From the IMG/VR virus record IMGVR_UViG_3300042691_012617, positions 96,001 through 160,000 of that record: a DNA stretch of 64,000 nt, one strand, 5' to 3'. This DNA comes from a virus. The notes under the pieces are model-generated. The model saw nothing but the letters and a program-made list of their open reading frames with translations. It did not search any database and was not told the origin of the DNA. A program made the position numbers and the translations under genes. Positions 57,129 through 64,000 of the stretch are shown piece by piece; within the stretch, counting starts at the first letter, position 1; the number at the start of each line of letters is the position of its first letter.

Positions 57129-58196
57129 TCATACCCGTGGCTTGCCTGTCGGAGGATCTGTGTTGATTGTCCCCGAGGTAACAACGGCTTGTTGAAAAGT
57201 TGGAATATTGTATGACCCCCATGCTGCCAGTACGCGAGAGAGATCGATCCCATCAACCTTGCCGTCCCCATCCATGTCCTCAAAGATAGGTTTCGTCTGT
57301 CCCCACCGAGCAAGGATTTGGCTCAGGTCTGCCCCATCGACCACACCGTCCTGATTGATGTCTTCCTTCTTGGCAGACAACTTCACATGCTGCAACTCAT
57401 ATCCGAAGGGAGCAAGTGCTGCAACGAGGTTGGCAAAGGTAGCCTTGTTGATCGACTGACCACCATACTGCAATCCAACGAAGACGGTCTCTCCATATGC
57501 ATCCCGTACCATCACGGGAGAACCCGAGTCGCCCACGAAGATCGCAATTGTTCCATTCGGATACGCACCATCATTGATGCCGTCCAAGGACGGTGTCAAG
57601 TTGTATCCACCTGTATCGTTCGTAGTTGTATTCAGATATGCATTCTTAAAGAGTGTCTTGTAGATCTTACCGTTGCTGTCCTTCGTCCACAGCGAAGTTC
57701 CCGTGGGGATGTAAAGCGGGTCAGCGATCCTGTTGTAGATCTTTAGGTCTGCATTTGGGAACTCTCTGTCGAACTCAAGCAGGGTCAGGTCGGGACCGAT
57801 GTTGAGATAAACACGGGTCACCTTGTTCTCATAGAACGCACCGCCCTTGCCGAGAAAACGAATGCCACCCGTATTGATATTTGGGTCTGCGTGTCCACCA
57901 CGGAAGTGTTGACAGATCAATGCATGGCGGGGCGAGATCAGTACCGCACCGTAGGTGCATTGGTTCCAAAAGTTCACGCTGTTTCGATCATACGGAATCG
58001 TAAACATACCGCTGTTCGAAATGTTGTTGCAGAAGTATCGATGGAGGGCGCGTGTGCCCGACCAATCGATGTACTCATATGTTTGACATTCCGAATTGTA
58101 ACCATCGGGCGCAATACCCCCGCTCGTTGGTGTGGCTTGTGTTGGGTAATGGTATACATCATGGATCGCGGGTGTGTAATAGCGCAGGACTGCCAT
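57129..58196 (-). CDS. Trypsin-like serine protease with C-terminal dockerin-like double EF-hand repeat
   Basis: LISPRHALICQH, PDLTLL, GDSGSP; DINQDGVVDGADL..IL..WG / DMDGDGKVDGIDL..VL..WG; late promoter at 58223..58229. Confidence 0.82.
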   Translation of the reverse strand: MAVLRYYTPAIHDVYHYPTQATPTSGGIAPDGYNSECQTYEYIDWSGTRALHRYFCNNISNSGMFTIPYDRNSVNFWNQCTYGAVLISPRHALICQHFRGGHADPNINTGGIRFLGKGGAFYENKVTRVYLNIGPDLTLLEFDREFPNADLKIYNRIADPLYIPTGTSLWTKDSNGKIYKTLFKNAYLNTTTNDTGGYNLTPSLDGINDGAYPNGTIAIFVGDSGSPVMVRDAYGETVFVGLQYGGQSINKATFANLVAALAPFGYELQHVKLSAKKEDINQDGVVDGADLSQILARWGQTKPIFEDMDGDGKVDGIDLSRVLAAWGSYNIPTFQQAVVTSGTINTDPPTGKPRV

Positions 58197-58234
58197 GTGA
58201 CTCTCCTTGAAAGGGTTGCCACTATTTAGCCCAA

Positions 58235-58272
58235 AATGAAAAGACCGCCCCCGTCTTTCGACGGAGGCGGCC
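58235..58272 (-). terminator. Rho-independent terminator
   Basis: CCGCCTCCGTC-GAAA-GACGGGGGCGG-TCTTTT. Confidence 0.8.
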
Positions 58273-58312
58273 CAAAGTTCAGGTCTTCAGTTGTCAGCGG
58301 GAACCGTTAGGT

Positions 58313-58612
58313 TCACGCCGTGGCGAACTGCTCTTCAAGCACATCGAAGTAGTTCGGGTAGCCGTTGCGGCGCAGCGAGTTGCGGCGGTACGCATGACGG
58401 GCAGCGGTCTCAATGATGAGAGCCTTGCGACCCCAAGTGTACTTGCGCTTCATGCCGTTGCTGAAGGTGACGGTGACGATGCCGCCGTCCTCGTTGCGAC
58501 GAACCTTCTCCACGAAGATGTTCGGCTCACCGTGCATGACGAACTCGTCGCCCTCCATGAGGTTCTGCGAAGCGACCCACGAACGATTCCCATTGCTGTT
58601 CTTGCTAGCCAT
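58313..58612 (-). CDS. Hypothetical early protein
   Basis: Coding-strand ORF before the terminator. Confidence 0.6.
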   Translation of the reverse strand: MASKNSNGNRSWVASQNLMEGDEFVMHGEPNIFVEKVRRNEDGGIVTVTFSNGMKRKYTWGRKALIIETAARHAYRRNSLRRNGYPNYFDVLEEQFATA

Positions 58613-58720
58613 AACTAAAACTCTAACTCTTTCTGAGTGGAAGACTGTCCACTCGCAGTTGTGACTGCTCCACACGCAGTCTTTGGTGATGATCCTAACC
58701 TTCGGATACGACCGACAGGA

Positions 58721-59047
58721 TTAGGAGTTGTGGTTTGATTCCTCGCTGCCCGTGGCGGGAGTATCATCAACGGGGGTCGCAGAATTGCTCTGGCCCTTCC
58801 ATGAGTTGTACTCCGTCCATGCTGCCGACATCAAGAATTGTCCCCTGCGGAGACTCTTGAATGGACGGTCAGCGGACTGATTGTAGGTCAGCCACGCAGG
58901 CCACCGTAGGGTAAACCCTAGCGGTCCCTTTGCCCCCTTGTGCTTCTCGACAAACTCAAGGAGCGTTTGCCGAGCCACATAGTCGGGCTGACCATGCTCT
59001 GCCTCAAAGGCAGCGAGGAAGTTGAACTGACGGGGTCGTAGTGACAT
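58721..59047 (-). CDS. Hypothetical early protein
   Basis: AAGGAG RBS. Confidence 0.7.
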   Translation of the reverse strand: MSLRPRQFNFLAAFEAEHGQPDYVARQTLLEFVEKHKGAKGPLGFTLRWPAWLTYNQSADRPFKSLRRGQFLMSAAWTEYNSWKGQSNSATPVDDTPATGSEESNHNS

Positions 59048-59065
59048 ACTGTAAAACTCCTTGAA

Positions 59066-59314
59066 TCAGGCGACCGCCGTCAGGTCGGGGGTGTTGGTGT
59101 TCACCGAGGTCGTGGATGCAGCGCGAACGCCGCCGTTGCGACCAGGGACGAATTCGATCTTGTCACCGAAGTACTCGCTCAGGTACCGCTTGATCACGGG
59201 AGGGCAAGTGCCGTACTCAGCAGCGAGAACCTTCAACTTAAGAGTCTCGCCGCGAGTGATGGCGGCTTCGATGGCGGGGAAGTTCAGGGTGACGATCTTG
59301 CGAGGACGAGGCAT
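59066..59314 (-). CDS. Small HTH-like early protein
   Basis: AAGGAG RBS; LKVLAAEYGTCPPVIKRYL HTH-like. Confidence 0.6.
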   Translation of the reverse strand: MPRPRKIVTLNFPAIEAAITRGETLKLKVLAAEYGTCPPVIKRYLSEYFGDKIEFVPGRNGGVRAASTTSVNTNTPDLTAVA

Positions 59315-59373
59315 TTTGTATTGCTCCTTGTTGAGTGTGTGGTGTGTGGCGAACTTGTTTTGTTCTTGCGTTA

Positions 59374-59401
59374 AGTATACCGTCTGTTTTGGTCTTGTCA
59401 A
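59374..59401 (-). promoter_or_regulatory. sigma70-type early promoter
   Basis: TTGACA-16-TATACT. Confidence 0.7.
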
Positions 59402-59474
59402 GCCCTTTTGGAACCTGACTCAAAGATTTTTTACTGACTCACTTCTGCTTGCTGTTTCTGCGTTGATAGGGTGA

Positions 59475-59503
59475 AGTATACACTCCACCCTAGCCGTTGT
59501 CAA
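59475..59503 (-). promoter_or_regulatory. sigma70-type early promoter (tandem)
   Basis: TTGACA-17-TATACT with extended TG. Confidence 0.75.
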
Positions 59504-59510
59504 TCCTTTT

Positions 59511-60410
59511 TTAAGCGGTGGTCTTCAGGGCGACGAGGGCAACAGCCGAAGCATCATCGCGCCCGTTCGCATTCTTAACCATATCGGTGAGGACTTCAAT
59601 CAGTCGCTCACGCACGGACGCGGCATCGTAGCCCGTCTGCTTGAGCCATGCGGCGACCTGATCCTTGTACCACTTGGTAGCCGCCCGAGTACCGACACCG
59701 TCAGCGTCAGCACGGGCAGCAACATTGTCAGCGAGAGCCGCGCCCACCGTGGCGGTTGCTGCGCTATCGGGCACATACTCAAGGTTCTTGAGGGCGACAA
59801 AGACAACATCAAGGTTGCGACCACGGGGATCCTTGCGGTCAGAGGTGGAGAGACCCACACTCATACCCCAACCCTTATCGCCAAACCAAAACACCTTGCC
59901 CGTGGTGCCGAGCGGAACCTTGCGTCCGCGCACCACCTTATATGTCTGTCCTTTAGCAAGGGCAGGGGGCGCAGCCAACTGCTCACTCGCCTCGTCAAGT
60001 TCCTTGATGTACTGAGCCTTAGCGGACTCGCCAACCTTCACAGCCTGAGACGGCAGAGAGATCGACAGGTACCACTTGTAGTACGCCGCCATGACATCGG
60101 GAGACGCATCGACATCCCACGCGGTGGCGCGACCGCCCGTGCCGTAGTACGCAACATCGGAGTCGAAGGTCGAAGCCTTGACTCCGTCGAAGACCGTCAC
60201 GGTGCGGCGGTAGACATTGTCACCATCGTCCCACCCGCGAGACTCGTAACGCTCGTTATCGGACACGGCAACCACCATGCCCAAGTACTGCTGCCGCTTG
60301 GCGCGGTACTCTTCATGCACCTTCAGCCCGTGCTGAGTGTCCCCGCGCTCACCGAGATGTTCGGGGGTCAGGGCGGCGAGGGTGACTGTCGGTAGTGGAG
60401 TCGTTGGCAT
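59511..60410 (-). CDS. Hypothetical early protein (SH3-like central segment)
   Basis: AGGAG upstream; V.RGRKVP.GT.G.VFW; promoter TTGACA-17-TATCTT at 60436..60464. Confidence 0.7.
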   Translation of the reverse strand: MPTTPLPTVTLAALTPEHLGERGDTQHGLKVHEEYRAKRQQYLGMVVAVSDNERYESRGWDDGDNVYRRTVTVFDGVKASTFDSDVAYYGTGGRATAWDVDASPDVMAAYYKWYLSISLPSQAVKVGESAKAQYIKELDEASEQLAAPPALAKGQTYKVVRGRKVPLGTTGKVFWFGDKGWGMSVGLSTSDRKDPRGRNLDVVFVALKNLEYVPDSAATATVGAALADNVAARADADGVGTRAATKWYKDQVAAWLKQTGYDAASVRERLIEVLTDMVKNANGRDDASAVALVALKTTA

Positions 60411-60524
60411 GAGGGGTGTTCTCTCCTACACCCAAAAGATACACTATGTCGGGGTGGCTGTCAAGCCACTTAGACCATCAGAAAGAGATTTTCTGCAAGT
60501 CCTGATAACACAAGCAGTTATCGG

Positions 60525-62108
60525 TCACAGGGGGCGAACGCCTAGCCATGTGATGTTACGGGACGGGTCTCCCGCAGACTGCTTGCCGCTGTCGAAGACC
60601 ATGCCTCCGCTGTTCGCGCTTGCCTGACTGACCGTGAAGACCGCCTTCCCGCTGCGAACGAACTCCATGTTGTTCAGGGTGACTTGCCATGAGATGGAAG
60701 GACGGAAGTCCGAAGTGTCATGGTTCAATCCATAAGTGATGGCATCACAGAATATGTCGGATATGTACTTGCAGAAGTCCTTCCATTGGAAGGGCTGAAT
60801 GTACTTGGCAGCATTCTGATTCAGGGGTGCCCGAACGCCGATGCCCGTCAACGGAATGCCATTGCTGTTCTGCACGAACTTCTGTACGAGATGTACATCG
60901 CGCTCAAGATCCTTCATCTCCTGCGCGGTAAGTTTGCCCTGACGCTTGCCATGCAACTTGCAGATGTCGTTCCAAAACTTCACGGGATCTTGGATCTTGA
61001 GTTTCATGACTTCCTTGATCATGAACGGGTAGATCGTCTGTGCGCCACGGCTAGATGTCTTAAAGTAGGGAAGCATCGCAACCAAGAACTTGTTGCTGAG
61101 TACCTGTAGGTTCGTGAGGTTCTTTCCCATGGAGTGCAACTTGGGAAGGATGCTTGATCGCGCTCCCTTGTTGCTGCCGCTAGACATTGCCTTCGAAGAC
61201 ACCTTGAGGTTACCGATCTCGCCTGTCTTCAGCGTACCTCTGAGATATGAGTCATAGGATGTATTCGTGTTGTCGGTTGGCACCGCGAAGAATGTCATCG
61301 TGCTGAAGTTCGGGAAGTTGCCGATGCTCTTGCCGCCCCAAATAAGAAACGGATATGACAACTCCGATATGAGATAGATGCCAAACTTCGCCTTGTCCTG
61401 TGGTGCCATGATCTCGCCAACCTCAGACCAATCGAACTGTACTGCACCACCGTTGAAGAACTCCTCGGTCGCCTTCAGCACCGCAGGATCCTTGAGGATC
61501 GCATAGGAACTGCCCTTCATGTTTGTGAGGATACGACTCTTCAATTCCTCAAGGCCCTTGAAGATGTAGTGAGGCACATCGTTGTCGCTGATGCGGATCG
61601 CCTCTGTCCTATGCCCTTCAAGGAAGTGAGAAGCAGTCAGGGTCTGCAACTGGCTACCCGCCTTGGTGCGTCTCTTAAATCCCGCGTCCGAGAACTCGGA
61701 GTTGTTAATCTTCAGGGGATCGCTGTCCTTGGGCAAGTGTCGCCCGACGATGATCGTCTTGCTCTTCGAATCCTTCAGCGTGACAAGAATGATTCCCTTG
61801 CTCTTGGTCTTCGCTTCATTGGTGTCGATTGGTCCAATGAACAGATTGACATTGATCAGAGCCTTCAGGAACTCGGGGTTCTCACCCGCAGACAATCTTG
61901 CTTTCTCTTTTGAATGCAAGCCACCGCTAGAAAGATATCGGGGGACGAACACCCAATTCGTCGCAGCCCAAACGCCGCCTTCCTTGTCGCTGAACAGAAT
62001 CTCTCCCGCAGCAACGCGGTCGGGCTGAACGCCCTTCGACTCCGCAAGCATGCGCTCGGTTGTCTCTCTGCGTGTCTCCTCGGTGACTCGTTCGATGAAT
62101 TTCTTCAT
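60525..62108 (-). CDS. Large hypothetical protein, possible PD-(D/E)xK-like nuclease
   Basis: ATGA coupling; YDSY...KVSSK..GA.SS motif; starts MKKFIERVTEE. Confidence 0.55.
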   Translation of the reverse strand: MKKFIERVTEETRRETTERMLAESKGVQPDRVAAGEILFSDKEGGVWAATNWVFVPRYLSSGGLHSKEKARLSAGENPEFLKALINVNLFIGPIDTNEAKTKSKGIILVTLKDSKSKTIIVGRHLPKDSDPLKINNSEFSDAGFKRRTKAGSQLQTLTASHFLEGHRTEAIRISDNDVPHYIFKGLEELKSRILTNMKGSSYAILKDPAVLKATEEFFNGGAVQFDWSEVGEIMAPQDKAKFGIYLISELSYPFLIWGGKSIGNFPNFSTMTFFAVPTDNTNTSYDSYLRGTLKTGEIGNLKVSSKAMSSGSNKGARSSILPKLHSMGKNLTNLQVLSNKFLVAMLPYFKTSSRGAQTIYPFMIKEVMKLKIQDPVKFWNDICKLHGKRQGKLTAQEMKDLERDVHLVQKFVQNSNGIPLTGIGVRAPLNQNAAKYIQPFQWKDFCKYISDIFCDAITYGLNHDTSDFRPSISWQVTLNNMEFVRSGKAVFTVSQASANSGGMVFDSGKQSAGDPSRNITWLGVRPL

Positions 62109-62398
62109 GGGATCCTCACGATCAGATTGCCGTTCCAAATGCGAATGGTCGCATCGGGATACATTTCCTGCACCAGTTCGATGAGTCTCCGTTCACGCTC
62201 TTTCCTACTCTCTCGCTTTGCCTTGGTGGGATTACCAATCGGCATGCCGCCGTTCAGCGACTCGTTCAGGTTGAAGTCAGGTGCGTTGTCGAAGTTCGGG
62301 ATCGTCATCAACAGATCGTGAATCGGAATAACGACCGTCTCCGCTGCCACCGCAGGAGTAGAAAGGAGAAGAGACAGGGAGACGATCATCGATTTCAT
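62105..62398 (-). CDS. Small secreted protein resembling a secretin N-domain fragment
   Basis: Signal peptide; IHDLLMTIPNFDNAPDFNL...LIELVQ...WNGNLIVR; CTAAATA at 62433..62439. Confidence 0.5.
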   Translation of the reverse strand: MKSMIVSLSLLLSTPAVAAETVVIPIHDLLMTIPNFDNAPDFNLNESLNGGMPIGNPTKAKRESRKERERRLIELVQEMYPDATIRIWNGNLIVRIP

Positions 62399-63090
62399 AC
62401 GATTCCCTTTAGCAGACTATGGTCTTCGATGATATTTAGGGCAGACTCCGCAAGCATCTTTCCTGCCCTCAGGTCGGATGGGAAGTGTACCCCTGCGACC
62501 ACCCGCGAGTGACTGATCCCATCGGCAATCGTATAAAACTTCCTTTCATGGACAGGATGTCTCTTTGATAGAACGAAAGCGAACATCCATGCGTCCATGG
62601 AGTGACCCGATGGATATGAGGCTGTCCTTGGGTCGGGGATGATCTTGTCCACGCGCTTGCCCATCAAGGGTGCCAACTGGTACGGACGAGGACGGTCGTA
62701 CTTCATCTTCATGTAGTTGAGGTAGCCGTCGATGCAGTCAGAGATCTTGAAGAAGAAGTCATAATCATATTTCTGTCCCGCGATTCGGCTTACTTCCTGC
62801 GCCCACATCTCGTAGTGGTTCTTCAGGATGTCCATGCTCACGGCATACTCACGCTCCTGCTCGGTTGAACTCGTCTGCACATCGATCATATAGTTCAGTT
62901 CGATGATGGTATCTGCTCCTCCGTTCGGTGGGGGTGGAGGCAGGGGGCAAGGACGAGTCGGCATGGAGAGGTACACGCCCAACACGGTGGACATGTCCCT
63001 GCTCTGAGCGTTCACCTTGTCGATGTGCTTCTGAGCGGTGTTGCCATAATTGAGTGCGTCCACTTTGGTGTGCCCCCTGAAAGTATGCAT
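62395..63090 (-). CDS. PAP2/acid phosphatase-haloperoxidase family protein
   Basis: K..YDRPRP, SYPSGHS, SRVVAGVHFPSD. Confidence 0.88.
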   Translation of the reverse strand: MHTFRGHTKVDALNYGNTAQKHIDKVNAQSRDMSTVLGVYLSMPTRPCPLPPPPPNGGADTIIELNYMIDVQTSSTEQEREYAVSMDILKNHYEMWAQEVSRIAGQKYDYDFFFKISDCIDGYLNYMKMKYDRPRPYQLAPLMGKRVDKIIPDPRTASYPSGHSMDAWMFAFVLSKRHPVHERKFYTIADGISHSRVVAGVHFPSDLRAGKMLAESALNIIEDHSLLKGIV

Positions 63091-63092
63091 GG

Positions 63093-63626
63093 TCAGAACT
63101 CCAATGGCTTTCGTGTGACCGCCGTGATCTTTGCGATCTGCTTGTTCACCATCTCGGTTCTGTTAGACCACTTGATGTATTCTTTGTCGGGGTTCTTCAG
63201 GAGGTTGTAGAGAAGCGGGAGGATCAATGCCTCCACTTCCTTCATCCCTGCGTTGTACGCATCAACAACCACCTTCTTGCGCTCATCCACCTCATCGATG
63301 ATGGCGCGGATGTTTCCCTCGGTACCCTCAAGGCTTGTCGCAAGTTCCTTGATCTCCATCGACAGCACCTTGTCGATCTTCTCCTCCACTCGGGCGATTT
63401 CTGCCTTACGGGCTAGGTCGGATGGAATCGTGACGGTGGGTGCTGTCGTGGGAATGCGCGAGATGCGAGTAAGGATCTCGTTCAACTTCCCTTCGACGCT
63501 TGACATATCGACCACGGGTGCAGCCGTGGTGACAGGTGCAGCCGCTGTCTGCTCGGGGGCATCAACGATCTCAAACCCGAAGTCCTGTTCGGCAAATGGA
63601 TTGTTTGGGTCGAAGGTATCTGACAT
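63093..63626 (-). CDS. Conserved T4-like late coiled-coil protein
   Basis: DFGF; LILPLLYNLLKNPDKEYIKW.NR; CTAAATA at 63647..63653, AGGAG RBS. Confidence 0.75.
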   Translation of the reverse strand: MSDTFDPNNPFAEQDFGFEIVDAPEQTAAAPVTTAAPVVDMSSVEGKLNEILTRISRIPTTAPTVTIPSDLARKAEIARVEEKIDKVLSMEIKELATSLEGTEGNIRAIIDEVDERKKVVVDAYNAGMKEVEALILPLLYNLLKNPDKEYIKWSNRTEMVNKQIAKITAVTRKPLEF

Positions 63627-63649
63627 TCCGCAACTCCTGTGTGGAGTAT

Positions 63650-64000
63650 TTAGGGAATGCGCTCGTAAGTCCGTTCGAACTCTGCCTTGGCAATACGATA
63701 GTAACCATTGCCGTCAGCCTCGCGGACGATGTAGTCGCCCTGCTTGACAATCATGTCCTCGCCCCATTGTGCCTTGAAGGTGATCGACTTGGAGTCCGTA
63801 TAACGGGCAACCATGCGGGGGGTCTGCTCGGGATTGACGGTGCTGCCAATGCTCCCCGTGTACAACTTGGAGAACTTCGCAGCCTTCACCACATACTTCT
63901 CTCGGCTCACGCCCGACATGATAATGTCACCCTTCATTGCAATGTTTTCCGTTTCCTTGCCATCGGGCAGGACGGTCATGACCTTGACATTGTTCTCGGG
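63650..64000 (-). CDS. PGDYG-like protein, 5' end beyond the window
   Basis: WGE.M....GDYIV, Y.I....FE.TY; frame open to the window end. Confidence 0.6.
   Translation of the reverse strand, partial: PENNVKVMTVLPDGKETENIAMKGDIIMSGVSREKYVVKAAKFSKLYTGSIGSTVNPEQTPRMVARYTDSKSITFKAQWGEDMIVKQGDYIVREADGNGYYRIAKAEFERTYERIP

Overview
A 64-kb segment of a large T4-like myovirus genome with essentially all genes on the minus strand. It carries the T4 replication core (gp61 primase, gp41 helicase, UvsX, gp43, RegA, gp62/44/45), ThyX, dUTPase, three repeat/collagen fibre genes, a 12-gene sugar-nucleotide/glycosyltransferase island, a Mom-like GNAT next to an ABC-ATPase-GNAT fusion, 11 tRNAs, one aberrant tRNA-like element and a tmRNA. 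About 21 T4-type late promoters ((C/A)TAAATA) and about 11 sigma70-type promoters are readable. A dockerin-tailed protease and an outer-membrane beta-barrel point to a diderm, possibly Phycisphaerae (Planctomycetota), host; this is inference. The strongest candidate for an undescribed system is an apparent virion-cargo programme. About a dozen mostly late-promoter genes start with T4 internal-protein-like capsid-targeting leaders. Two large ORFs look like polyproteins whose domains are separated by Glu-ending linkers resembling prohead-protease (gp21) sites: 12636..16241 (nucleotidyltransferase, RimK glutamate ligase, RimB-like protease and small domains) and 52487..55690 (about 11 small modules). 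Other unexplained patterns are GC-rich alternating purine/pyrimidine tracts recurring every ~5-8.5 kb inside flexible protein regions, and strong apparent avoidance of AGCT/CCGG/GGCC. All family calls come from motif recognition by eye; no searches were run.
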